Below are positions 48,266 through 58,030 of a stretch of DNA of 64,000 bases, piece by piece (position 1 is the first letter of the stretch; each line of letters starts with the position of its first letter). This DNA is from Candidatus Poribacteria bacterium (GTDB lineage Bacteria > Poribacteria > WGA-4E > WGA-3G): positions 5,120,001 to 5,184,000 of the forward strand of contig OZ243938.1 in NCBI GenBank assembly GCA_965214095.1, in the 5' to 3' direction. The position numbers and the translations under genes are program-made. The notes beneath the pieces are model-generated. The model saw nothing but the letters and a program-made list of their open reading frames with translations. It was not told the DNA's origin and made no database searches.

Positions 48266-49669
48266 CTAAAATATGAAATAGATGAACGGATTATAAGCTT
48301 GTGTTGACATAATTGCAAGAGAGATTAACAATAGTAGGATACACACACCCATTCGGATAGGAGTTAATCGTTGTGTCCAATCCCACGTCTGTGGAAAACA
48401 CCATACGACAATTCCTGCGATACACATTGTCAAAATGTAATAAGGTTGATATATTATTCCAGCAATCAGATTCGTAGATGCATGTATATTAGCACTGCTA
48501 AACATACATTTCAAGAAGTTAAGCACATGCGGAATATCACTACACCTGAAAAAAACCCAAGTGATAAGGACAAGCAGGAATGTCAGTCCAATTCGTAATT
48601 GTCTTGGTAGCGATTCATAGTAGCTTGACTTCCCTCGATTTCTTTCTATTGCAAGCATCCCACCATGAATTCCACCCCAGATGACAAAATTCCATGAAGC
48701 ACCGTGCCATAATCCCCCAAACAACATTACAAGTGCTAAGTTGATATAAGTTCGCCTACTACCCAGACGGTTTCCGCCAAGTGGAATATAGAGATAGTCG
48801 CGTAACCAACTTGATAGTGAAATGTGCCATGTCCGCCAAAAGTCTGTAATAGATTCTGAACGATAAGGAGAATCAAAGTTCTTAGGAAACGTAAACCCCA
48901 ACATCAACCCTAATCCTATCGCCATGTCAGAATAACCGCTGAAGTCAAAATAAATTTGAAAGGCGTAGGCGATTGTTCCATACCACGCATCAAGTGTGCT
49001 GACCACCCCTGCGTCAAACACTGTGTCCGCACATTTACCACAAGGGTTGGCTAACAATATCTTCTTTGCCATACCCAGCGAGAAGAATGCAATCCCGCGT
49101 GCAAACTTTTCTAATGTGTGCGTTCTTTGTTTGAGTTGATCCGAGATTTCTGAAAAACGGATTATAGGACCAGCAACAAGTTGCGGGAACATTGACACAT
49201 AGCAAGCAAAATCAATGAAATTGCGAATCGGCTTTGCATCACTACGATACACATCTATCGTATAACTCATCGACTGGAAGGTGTAGAAACTGATACCGAG
49301 AGGCAGTGTGACTTGAAGAACGGTTTCCCATATCGGCATTCCTAACCAATCCAGAAGTGTGTTAAAGTTGGATATGCCAAAGTTGAAATACTTGAAAAAA
49401 CCTAATAGTGATAGATTTGAACAGATAGAAATTATTAGGGCAACTTTTCGATTACGGTGATTTTCGCTGCCAGAGATGACACGGCCACATGAATAGTCAA
49501 CCACCGTTGAGGCAAACATCAACAACACAAATGGTGGATTTGCCCAACCGTAGAATAGATAACTTAGGAGTGTGAGTCCAAAATGTTTCGCTTTACGTGG
49601 CAGTAGGAAATAACTAAGTAATGCAATCGGAAGGAAATAGTAGACGAAGATATGAGAACTAAAAACCAT
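48266..49669 (-). CDS. algI: MBOAT family O-acyltransferase (AlgI/DltB/PatA type)
   Basis: MVFSS, LPLGISFYTFQSMSY, FPQLVAGPIIR, QIYFDFSGYSDMAIG, FWRTWHISLS.W.RDYLYIPLGGNR, GLWHGASW, PFIYFIF. Confidence 0.92.
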   Translation of the reverse strand: MVFSSHIFVYYFLPIALLSYFLLPRKAKHFGLTLLSYLFYGWANPPFVLLMFASTVVDYSCGRVISGSENHRNRKVALIISICSNLSLLGFFKYFNFGISNFNTLLDWLGMPIWETVLQVTLPLGISFYTFQSMSYTIDVYRSDAKPIRNFIDFACYVSMFPQLVAGPIIRFSEISDQLKQRTHTLEKFARGIAFFSLGMAKKILLANPCGKCADTVFDAGVVSTLDAWYGTIAYAFQIYFDFSGYSDMAIGLGLMLGFTFPKNFDSPYRSESITDFWRTWHISLSSWLRDYLYIPLGGNRLGSRRTYINLALVMLFGGLWHGASWNFVIWGGIHGGMLAIERNRGKSSYYESLPRQLRIGLTFLLVLITWVFFRCSDIPHVLNFLKCMFSSANIHASTNLIAGIIYQPYYILTMCIAGIVVWCFPQTWDWTQRLTPIRMGVCILLLLISLAIMSTQAYNPFIYFIF

Positions 49670-49693
49670 AGCAAATTCTGTTGTAGATTATCA

Positions 49694-51397
49694 TCACTTA
49701 CGACGTTTTTTAGTATTAAGTAGCCTAACTTTTTCAAGTTCTTGTGTCAACTTTGTTGCACCGTGCGCGTTCAGATGGTCAAGGTCTTTGAACATTTCAG
49801 ATGTAAAATCGTGGTTTCCACCCTTGATAAAGTCAACGAAAACAAGATTGGGAAATCGTTTCTCTAAGTTTCGTAATTCTTTAACCAATTCACGATACCC
49901 TTTCTGTGTTGTGCCATCATCATCCACAACTGCTTCTCCCCGCATGATAGGATGGAAAGGGGACAGATATAGCAACACCTGAATGTCACGTTCCTTTAAT
50001 GAAGTAATCATCGCTTTAAGTCGGTTCCACCTTTTTTCAGATATTTCCCATTCTTCATCAAAATCGTCCTTTTCAGGATCTTGCCAGACTTCGTTTTTAT
50101 ATTCCCAACCCCATGGACGTTCAGACCAATACACACCCACATAAGGGATAGCAGAGATTTCATCTGTTGTCTTTTTCTTATCATTGTCATCGGATGGTCT
50201 CCAGAGAGTTTTAGCATGTTTCTGATCAAATTCAAACCCATCGCTTCTTCGCAACACTCTATCGGAAGATTTTTCAAAATGGCGATTAACCACACGCGGG
50301 GACATCTGATAAACCACCCACTCTAAGTTAGGAAGTTTCAACAGATATTCATCTACAACAAGTTTCTGTACCTCTAATGAACCCCCTGAAATCGCGAGAT
50401 TGTATGCGACAGGCGTCTTTTGATTTTCCTTACCGTAGAATAAACCGGTCCTTACTCCACATTCACAACGTGAGTCCCCCAAAGCAACAAGTTTGAGTTG
50501 ACCCTTCAATTGCCAAAAGACAGGCATCTTTTCGGAGAGAATGGAATCGTAATCAAACCTATCATCTATAGAACGGTCTTCAAGTATTTTTTGTCCAAAA
50601 TCGTGATAGAGTGGTATGTCCAAGTCTAACTCAAGTGTATCACTTGTATAAATACTTTCAAGTTCTTTGAATTGTTGATATGGATAAAGTTCTAATGTCC
50701 GTGAAGTTCCAATTTTGGCTTCCCCAATTGATTGCGGTTGGTTATCATATATTGCCCAATGTGCAACACGAAGTTTCTTTCCTTTGAACTCACCATCAAG
50801 CCGTTTCTTGAGTTTATATTCATAAAATACGAGTGCTTCCCGATATGGAGATATATCATCAAGAGTCGGCAGTTTAGATTTCGCAACTAACTCTACTCTA
50901 AGTTCAATAGGATCACTCATGTCTATATCTATCAAAGTGCCATCTTGTGCAATCTCAAGTTCGATCTCTACACCCATATTGTCAACTTCAATATCAAAAA
51001 AATCGGTTTTGCCAAGTTCTGATTTCCGTTCTATATCGTCAATTTCCAAGGTTCCAACGTGCCGACGAACTGTATCTTGAACAGGTTTGGGAAGTTCAGA
51101 AAAAGAAATTTCCTCAGTTATATCTCTCTGCTTGAATGTGCCATCTTCCATAATCTCTAATTCAATTCTAATTCTATCATTTTCCGCTTCTACATCATAT
51201 TCAATCTCACCGTCATCTTCATCTCTGTCAATATCGTCGATTGGAACGTCCCCGATTTCTTTCAGGACGATTTTCTGTATGGATTTTGGTAGCTCATCAA
51301 ATTCTATGTCTTCAGAAAATCCATAGTAACTGATGAAAACGAAGCATAGTAAAATACAAAATAGTCGTTGTTTTGTATGGAAACGATTTTTCATCAT
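49694..51397 (-). CDS. Secreted protein: acidic PepSY/BLIP-like repeats, middle domain and SGNH-like domain
   Basis: Two repeats of ELPK.(I/V)Q..V...(I/V)G...IDDI(D/E)R......(Y/F)D(V/I)E; ALGDSR; FKDLDHLN.HGA. Confidence 0.65.
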   Translation of the reverse strand: MMKNRFHTKQRLFCILLCFVFISYYGFSEDIEFDELPKSIQKIVLKEIGDVPIDDIDRDEDDGEIEYDVEAENDRIRIELEIMEDGTFKQRDITEEISFSELPKPVQDTVRRHVGTLEIDDIERKSELGKTDFFDIEVDNMGVEIELEIAQDGTLIDIDMSDPIELRVELVAKSKLPTLDDISPYREALVFYEYKLKKRLDGEFKGKKLRVAHWAIYDNQPQSIGEAKIGTSRTLELYPYQQFKELESIYTSDTLELDLDIPLYHDFGQKILEDRSIDDRFDYDSILSEKMPVFWQLKGQLKLVALGDSRCECGVRTGLFYGKENQKTPVAYNLAISGGSLEVQKLVVDEYLLKLPNLEWVVYQMSPRVVNRHFEKSSDRVLRRSDGFEFDQKHAKTLWRPSDDNDKKKTTDEISAIPYVGVYWSERPWGWEYKNEVWQDPEKDDFDEEWEISEKRWNRLKAMITSLKERDIQVLLYLSPFHPIMRGEAVVDDDGTTQKGYRELVKELRNLEKRFPNLVFVDFIKGGNHDFTSEMFKDLDHLNAHGATKLTQELEKVRLLNTKKRRK

Positions 51398-51416
51398 AAC
51401 GAAATTCCTATGATTG

Positions 51417-52574
51417 TTATAGTTCCTTTCTCAAAATCACTATACGATTGCTGTTCGTGCCTTTGTTGTTGTTAGCAACACCCCAACAATTTGCTGTTTT
51501 CGTGAAATCCTGGGTGTTAATCATCAATTTTTCAGGTATAAATCCTGCATCAAGAGAGGCTTTTGCAACAGCATTTTCTAAGAATATTTCACCTTTACGT
51601 ACCTCTCCCACTTCAAAAGCAATTCTACCAGATGGTTTTAGTACGCGATGTAACTCAACAAATACATCTGTCATCCGTGCAACCCAATCATCAAGTGACT
51701 TTAATTGCCAGATTTTACCTGCTTCTATTGTTATATCACAAAACCACATTCGTAACCAGTTGTCCTGTTTATAGTCAACAGTATCAAGAAATGGAGGAGA
51801 GGTTACAACTAAATCAACAGATTCGTCAACAATCTGAGGTGTATCATCAGCGGATCCTGTTATGAGAACTGCATCATCACGCCAATAATAATCAGGGATG
51901 TCGTGTCGTAACAACTGTTTTGATTTACGTAGTATCAATTCTTTTGTGTTGCGGTATTCTGGGATCTGATTGCGTTTTTCGTTTATTTTCCGTTGCGAGT
52001 TTACTGATGCCGCAAGATTCGGAGGCAGTGTAAAAACAGAGAAGAAACCCGAGGAATGTCCTGTGAGACGACTACATGCGACCATTTGTAACCACGCATC
52101 TATTCTATCAAACCGTCCCTGTTGAAAATATGTTCGCCAACCATAGATTTCTCTGAGTGTATCTTCGTGAAAAAAGACTAATAAATCAGGGTCAATTTCT
52201 TCATCATAAGATAGGTCTATCTCAGACAACCTTTCCTCAATTTCCGCTAAAGCCGGTGGATTGAGTCGTGGAGATGTCAGAACTAATGAAAGTGGGTTAA
52301 TATCATTTCCGATGACTTTATGTCCGTGGAGTTGTGCCTCTATTAAGGTCGTTCCGCGTCCCATAAAGGGATCGTAAACGACAGATTCAGATTTACAAAA
52401 CTTTTGGATAAAATGTGCGGGGAGTTGTGGTTTGTAGCAGGCGCGGTATGAGATTTCATGAATTGAATGTCCAGCACGTTGTTTTGCTGTCCAAAATTCG
52501 CCTATCTCAGTAGGGACATAGACAGAATAACTATTGGGACGATTGAAGTCAAAGGCTAATTGTACTGAAGGCAT
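51417..52574 (-). CDS. Orphan DNA methyltransferase (N4-C/N6-A)
   Basis: Motif I YDPFMGRGTT precedes motif IV LVVTSPPF; RVLKPSG. No nuclease gene adjacent. Confidence 0.85.
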   Translation of the reverse strand: MPSVQLAFDFNRPNSYSVYVPTEIGEFWTAKQRAGHSIHEISYRACYKPQLPAHFIQKFCKSESVVYDPFMGRGTTLIEAQLHGHKVIGNDINPLSLVLTSPRLNPPALAEIEERLSEIDLSYDEEIDPDLLVFFHEDTLREIYGWRTYFQQGRFDRIDAWLQMVACSRLTGHSSGFFSVFTLPPNLAASVNSQRKINEKRNQIPEYRNTKELILRKSKQLLRHDIPDYYWRDDAVLITGSADDTPQIVDESVDLVVTSPPFLDTVDYKQDNWLRMWFCDITIEAGKIWQLKSLDDWVARMTDVFVELHRVLKPSGRIAFEVGEVRKGEIFLENAVAKASLDAGFIPEKLMINTQDFTKTANCWGVANNNKGTNSNRIVILRKEL

Positions 52575-52680
52575 GGAATAAAACCAATATACAGGTTATT
52601 CTAAAGATTCTCATAAGTGGTCAGTCGGTAGGAGCGATCTCCAAATCGCGAACTAAAATAAAATGTTGACTAAGCACTAG

Positions 52681-52803
52681 TGTTCTGTCTACACTAATCT
52701 TGTCCGTCGGGTAGAGGCACGAAACCCGACAGGCAGCCATTTATCATCAATAAAGGCGGGGGCGTGCCTCTACCCGACCTACAATGTCCGAATGGACACA
52801 GCA
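52681..52803. mobile_element. NTAN-type MITE with REP doublet
   Basis: TGTTCTGTC...GACACAGCA flanked by CTAG on both sides. Confidence 0.75.
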
Positions 52804-52838
52804 CTAGAATACATATTGAAATTATATCTTTTGAGAAC

Positions 52839-54407
52839 TCAATCTGATAGAAGGGATTCAATCATACAAATTAACGGTTGTCCGTTCACGATATGCGATC
52901 CCTTGAACGTGTATTGCCAATACCCGTTTTTATCAATTAAAATAAAATGCGGGATGGCTCTGACGTTATATGCCTCAGCAAATTCCCAATCTGGATCAAG
53001 CAAAACAGGCCAAGGCGGGTTATGTTCATCTAAAGACTTCTGCACTTGCTCAGGCTTTTCACCATTATTAACTCCCAAAAAGACGAAATCTTTGCTCATG
53101 CTAAAATGCTCGTAGACGAGTTTGAGTTGAGGAACTACCAAGTTGCACGGTCCACACCACGATGCACTTACATCAAGCAATACTACTTTTCCAGACATAT
53201 CTGATAAAGTGTATGATTCACCATCCAGCGTTTCTAAACGAAAATCCTCTGCCTTCTCATTTATTCTTTTCGACAGCACTTGTTGACAGATATGTATACG
53301 GTCCGCTTCTTTTCGGATTTCGTATTCTGCTTCGGTGTCTTTGAGAAATGCCTCAAAGGTTGTCTTGGGATTTCTTTTCTTTATCTGTTGATAGACGCGT
53401 TTTAAACCTGATTGCGCATCAGGATGGGGAGTAGGGGCAAAATGTGCATCCACATAGTAGTACTTTGCTTTTTCCCATTGTTCAATACCTTCTGCAGATC
53501 GTCCAAGCATATAAAGATAGTCTATCGTTTCCTCGCCAAACCTTGCCCAAAATGAATCCAGAAAATCCGGTGCGTACTCGTTGAGGTGATCATGTGCTTC
53601 GCGCCACTTTTCTTGATGGTAGTAAACTTTCCCACGTAAGCGCGAGATCTCTTCGTAAGCATATTCTAAGCTTCCCTTTTTCCTTTCAAGCCATTCTTGT
53701 TCTTCCTTCTCTTCTAATCTTATTTCAGCACGATCTAAAGTTTTCAATGCTTTATCTAATCGGTTGCTAAGCTTAATTCGATATTTTACTGCGTTCGTAT
53801 ATGCCCATATGTGCTTTTGCTGAGTCTCGTTACAATAATATAGATGTGCATTCATGAGATCATCAATCAGTTCATCAATGTAGACACCGTCTGCAAGAGA
53901 ACGATTCTTCTCTACTAACCGCAGCATGTTTTCATAAGCCAGCATATACCAAGTAGTTGGACCATCTGTAATAGTACATTCATTGATGACACGTTCGTTA
54001 TAGTGCCACTGCTGATCTTCGTCTTCATTCAGTTCTGCTAACTCTAATAGTGCTGCCAGATATGTGTCGGTTCCTGGGTAATTTAACATCTTGTTAAATA
54101 TCTCTTTTGGAACATTCTTGGCACGGCCAGGAAGACGTGTATATCCCATATAGACAGTGAAATATAAATCCGATGATTCTGGGTGTGTTTGTAATACCAT
54201 TTCGATTTCGGGATAGATTCGCTCTTTCGCTTCTGTTTCTGAAAACATTTCGGTCATTAGTTCCCAGCGTGTATTGTAAGCCTTCAAATCCGGTGGATTG
54301 GATTCTAAGACCTGTTCGCTGATTTCTAATGCCTTGTCAAATTCACGTGACCTGGACAGGTCATTAATCTGTTCCGATAAACTCTGTTGTTCTTTATTTT
54401 CTAACAT
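52839..54407 (-). CDS. TPR-like helical domain + TlpA/redoxin (thioredoxin-fold) protein
   Basis: C-terminal DFRLETLDG...GKVVLLDVSASWCGPC...IPHFILIDKNG. GAGGAG RBS. Confidence 0.85.
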   Translation of the reverse strand: MLENKEQQSLSEQINDLSRSREFDKALEISEQVLESNPPDLKAYNTRWELMTEMFSETEAKERIYPEIEMVLQTHPESSDLYFTVYMGYTRLPGRAKNVPKEIFNKMLNYPGTDTYLAALLELAELNEDEDQQWHYNERVINECTITDGPTTWYMLAYENMLRLVEKNRSLADGVYIDELIDDLMNAHLYYCNETQQKHIWAYTNAVKYRIKLSNRLDKALKTLDRAEIRLEEKEEQEWLERKKGSLEYAYEEISRLRGKVYYHQEKWREAHDHLNEYAPDFLDSFWARFGEETIDYLYMLGRSAEGIEQWEKAKYYYVDAHFAPTPHPDAQSGLKRVYQQIKKRNPKTTFEAFLKDTEAEYEIRKEADRIHICQQVLSKRINEKAEDFRLETLDGESYTLSDMSGKVVLLDVSASWCGPCNLVVPQLKLVYEHFSMSKDFVFLGVNNGEKPEQVQKSLDEHNPPWPVLLDPDWEFAEAYNVRAIPHFILIDKNGYWQYTFKGSHIVNGQPLICMIESLLSD

Positions 54408-54840
54408 ATATCTCCTCAATTAGTTCGCAGCCAGTAAATTGCGAATTTCTGTCATTGAGTTTAATCGCTAAATTAGGAAAGTTTCCTTTATTGATACAAG
54501 ATATCATTTTTTCTCAAATGGGAAACTCTCAAATTTGTCAATTAAGAGAAATTAATGCTTTTTCTTATACAAGTCAGAAAAGAAATGATAAATAGAATAA
54601 GTCAATATTGCTTTGATTCAAAAAGCGTAAGCTGCTTGGAAAAAGTTGGATGAGGTAGTCCTGTTTGTCCGTTCCCCTAAATTGCTTCTAAGTTCTCAAG
54701 GCATGAATAATCCTTGAAGAATCGGGTGATGTCATCTGCTTTCCTCTGTTCTGCCAGTTTCTCTTGAAGGTGGATCAATACGCAGTCGGTTAAAAACACG
54801 AGGTGTTTGTTTTTTTAGAAACGTAAACCAAACTCTCCAA

Positions 54841-55335
54841 CTAAACAGTATAATGCTTAGCAATATCATCGTCCAGATTTTCTAAAATATCTTTGGCATC
54901 ACGTTTCGGTGTTTTTTCCTTTTTCACTTCTGCTTCAAGAAATCCGTTTTCTTCAATAACCTTTTCATCAACATATATTGGCACTTCACATCGGACTGCA
55001 AGCGCAATAGCATCACTAGGTCGTGAATCTAATTCGAATTTCTCTCCGTTCAATTCAAGGGTCACCTCTGCGTAAAATGTAGAATCTTCAATAGAAGTGA
55101 TACAAACAGAATCCACCTGAGCGGAAAATGTCTCAATCACGTTCTTGAGCAGATCGTGTGTGATGGGACGTGGTGGAGGTGTCTGTTTCAGTTGGTTTTC
55201 TATCGCCCACGCTTCGGATTCTCCGATCCATATCAGCAATATCCGTTTAGATTCCCCTTCTCTTTCTTTCAACACAACAAGGGGAGTGCGAGTGTTTCGA
55301 TCAATTGTTAGAAATTCAATATTTACTTCAACCAT
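54841..55335 (-). CDS. Bifunctional nuclease family protein (DUF151), copy 2
   Basis: LLIWIGESEA, PPRPITHDLL, TFYA, DSRPSDAIALA. GAGGAG RBS; ATG overlaps the end of the upstream gene. Confidence 0.9.
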   Translation of the reverse strand: MVEVNIEFLTIDRNTRTPLVVLKEREGESKRILLIWIGESEAWAIENQLKQTPPPRPITHDLLKNVIETFSAQVDSVCITSIEDSTFYAEVTLELNGEKFELDSRPSDAIALAVRCEVPIYVDEKVIEENGFLEAEVKKEKTPKRDAKDILENLDDDIAKHYTV

Positions 55336-55747
55336 CTTTTTTCTCCTCTTCAAGGAAACCGTGTTCTTCTAAAACACCTTCATCTACAAAGATTGGGGCA
55401 TTAAATCGTATTGCAACAGCAATTGCGTCACTGGGACGCGAATCTATGGCAATTTCTTGTGTACCTGTTTTAAGACTCAACTTCGCATAAAAGGTTGACT
55501 TCTCAATTTTGGTGATATAGACCGCATTAACGGTTGTCGAAAGTGCATCTATGATATTCTTGATAAGATCGTGAGTCAATGGACGTGGAGGAGACATTTC
55601 ATCCAAATATGATTTTATTGCGTTTGCCTCCGCTTCTCCGACCCAAATCAATAACCTTCGTATAGGAGCACCTTCTTTCTGTTTTAGAATGACGACTGGT
55701 GTTCCATTATTGTTTGTGGAGATATAATCTGCTTTTACTTCAACCAT
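55328..55747 (-). CDS. Bifunctional nuclease family protein (DUF151), copy 1
   Basis: LLIWVGEAEA, PPRPLTHDLI, TFYA, DSRPSDAIAVA. Confidence 0.9.
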   Translation of the reverse strand: MVEVKADYISTNNNGTPVVILKQKEGAPIRRLLIWVGEAEANAIKSYLDEMSPPRPLTHDLIKNIIDALSTTVNAVYITKIEKSTFYAKLSLKTGTQEIAIDSRPSDAIAVAIRFNAPIFVDEGVLEEHGFLEEEKKDG

Positions 55748-55792
55748 TGGGATACTCCATTGTTCAAAATATCTTCGGTTTAATGTGTATTA

Positions 55793-56090
55793 TAGTAAAA
55801 ACCAAAATTATTTGCATAGTACTGTTCTGTCTACACTAATCTTGTCCGAATGGACACTCCACTACGGTAGGTTCGGTTTCCTAACCGAACCGGCTTTGTG
55901 CCAAATACCTTCATAGAGGTTCTCGCACAGGTTCCGTGCAGTTAGGAAACCGAACCTACCGGCCTGGGAAAACGCCTAATTTACACTAAATTGACGCCTA
56001 TGGTTCGGTTTCCTAACCGAACCGGTATTTGTTCAGTCTCATAGATGCGGTTAGGAAACCCCATCTACCGGGGGGTGTGCACGTATTTTA
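55793..56090. mobile_element. Composite of three nested MITE families
   Basis: TA-type shell containing a REP-less NTAN element (55823-55861) and the body and right end (to 56002) of the CAT-ended element, followed by GTTCGGTTTCCTAACCGAAC. Confidence 0.72.
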
Positions 56091-56111
56091 CATTAGTTGA
56101 AGCTGCAAATT

Positions 56112-57980
56112 TTATTCAGAAGTAGGCTCGGATTCAGAAGTAGGCTCGGATTCAGAAACTGTTACTGAATTCTGATTAAGACCTTTAGCATAATCCTGAA
56201 TCGTCTGTCCAATTTTTGCAGTATCCAGACCGCTGAAGTTAACGAGTTCTTTCAAGAGTGGCATTGCAGCTCCAGCATTGATTATAGAACCGAGGATGCG
56301 ACTCATTCCACCTGAATTACCATTACCACCATTTCCACCTAAATCAAGTACACGGATACTTTCAATACGTTCTGCAGGTTTCATCAACTCACCCGTAACT
56401 TCAGGTAATGCCTCAACAAGTGCATGCACTGCATCACTGACAAGCACCTGTGGTTCAGCTTGGTTTTTGGCAGTAATTAAGGCTTCTTCGCCATCAGCCT
56501 CAGCCTTTGCTTCAACAAGCAAAGCCTCAGCAAGTATTTTTGTTGCCTCAGACTTGACTGTCGCTGCCTCCAGTTCCGCTTTTGCTGTTTCAACGATGGT
56601 GTATGCCTCAGCATCAGCCATCTTCTCCTTAGCAATTCTTTCTTCGTCTGCTTCTTGTTCTGCACGAATCAGTTCAATTTTGCTTTCGCGTTCAGCCTTT
56701 TCTATTGCTTCAGCAGTTTCAACGGCGGCTTCAGCGCGGGCTTTTTCTGCAGAAACCGATAACAGATCGATAAGGGCAATCTCACGTTCTTTCTCTTTCA
56801 ATGAAACAAGAATAGCGTTTTCTGCCTCAGCTTCTTTTTCTGCACGTTCCTTATCAATCAATACAATTCTACGTTCAATTTCTGTTTCTTTGACTGTAGC
56901 CTCTTGTTCAATCTTAGCTTTTTCAATAGTGAGGTTACGCTGGATTTCTGCTTCCTCAACCGCTTGCAGTTGTTGTACTTTTGCAAGCTCAACTGCTTGC
57001 TTTTGAGAGATTTCACTTTCTTCAACCTGACGTTCCTGTTCAATCCGTTCCATCTCTATTTTTTGAGTTTGCGCAATTTCAGCAGATTTTATAGCCTGTT
57101 CTTGCATAATTCGTGCTTCTTCAACCGCCTGGAGTTGTTCAAACTTATGTGCTTCAACCTGACGTTCCTGTTCCGCCTTGTTAGTAGCAATTTCCTTACG
57201 TTGTGCTTCTTGGGCGAATTCAAGTCGTTGCTCTACCTCTAAACCTTCGGTCTCTGTTTCTTCTTCACGCATCTTGATCTCAAGTTCAGCTTTGAGACGG
57301 TCTTCTTCACGTTTAACTTTATTTTCGTGTTCTATCTTAGCGGTTGCAGTCTGTTTCTCTTCAACTTCCTGCTTGATCGTCTGAATTGCGACAACATCAA
57401 AACGGTTGTTTTCATCAAGTGAATCAAGTGGGGTTTGATCAAGGTTGGTAATAGCAACAGTTTCAAGTTTGAAACCGTTCTGCTCAAGATCTTCAAGGCA
57501 TGCTTCTTGAACTTGATCAGAGAATTCTTGTCGTTTTTCATGGAGTTCCTGAAGTTCCATGGTCGCGGCAACACTTCGTAAAACACCTACAAGTTTACCT
57601 TCCAGCAACGTATTCACTGCTTCTGGAGTCAAGGTTTTATCTCCAAGACTTGCAACTGCTTTAAGCACATCTTGTTCATTCGGTTCAATTTTAACATAGA
57701 ATTCTGCCTGAATGTCAACACGTAAACTATCCTTTGTAATCAGTGCCGCTTGACCTTCACGTTCAACAGGCAGCTGTAAGGTATTTAGTGAGATAGTTTG
57801 CGTTATGTTTGTTATTGGGTTCACAAGCGTTCCACCAAATACAACACGTTTCTTATTGCCACCTGAAATCACCAACGCGGCATCAGCAGGGGCTTTTTTG
57901 TAGAATGATTTATAGATTAACACAAAGATTACGAATAACGCAATCAGACCACCAACAATGAGGATAAAAAGTTCACTCAT
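56112..57980 (-). CDS. Flotillin/SPFH domain protein (YqiK-like)
   Basis: N-terminal TM, ALITKDSLRVD..AEFYV, LRSVAATM.L.ELHE.R, DL.QNG.KLE.V.IT.LDQT, long EA-rich coiled coil, KPAERIESIRV. Confidence 0.9.
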   Translation of the reverse strand: MSELFILIVGGLIALFVIFVLIYKSFYKKAPADAALVISGGNKKRVVFGGTLVNPITNITQTISLNTLQLPVEREGQAALITKDSLRVDIQAEFYVKIEPNEQDVLKAVASLGDKTLTPEAVNTLLEGKLVGVLRSVAATMELQELHEKRQEFSDQVQEACLEDLEQNGFKLETVAITNLDQTPLDSLDENNRFDVVAIQTIKQEVEEKQTATAKIEHENKVKREEDRLKAELEIKMREEETETEGLEVEQRLEFAQEAQRKEIATNKAEQERQVEAHKFEQLQAVEEARIMQEQAIKSAEIAQTQKIEMERIEQERQVEESEISQKQAVELAKVQQLQAVEEAEIQRNLTIEKAKIEQEATVKETEIERRIVLIDKERAEKEAEAENAILVSLKEKEREIALIDLLSVSAEKARAEAAVETAEAIEKAERESKIELIRAEQEADEERIAKEKMADAEAYTIVETAKAELEAATVKSEATKILAEALLVEAKAEADGEEALITAKNQAEPQVLVSDAVHALVEALPEVTGELMKPAERIESIRVLDLGGNGGNGNSGGMSRILGSIINAGAAMPLLKELVNFSGLDTAKIGQTIQDYAKGLNQNSVTVSESEPTSESEPTSE

Positions 57981-58030
57981 TTCATTTCTCCTTGACTTTT
58001 GTTATCATGTTTATTTTTGGTAATTTGTAT

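Noticed and set aside
54841-55747. Single frameshifted or read-through DUF151 double-domain gene
   Set aside because: The second copy has its own GAGGAG RBS and ATG overlapping the end of the first gene, which is ordinary translational coupling.
56115-56156. 18-bp tandem repeat at the flotillin 3' end and 12-bp duplication near 2369-2391
   Set aside because: Small in-frame slippage duplications with no evident functional implication.
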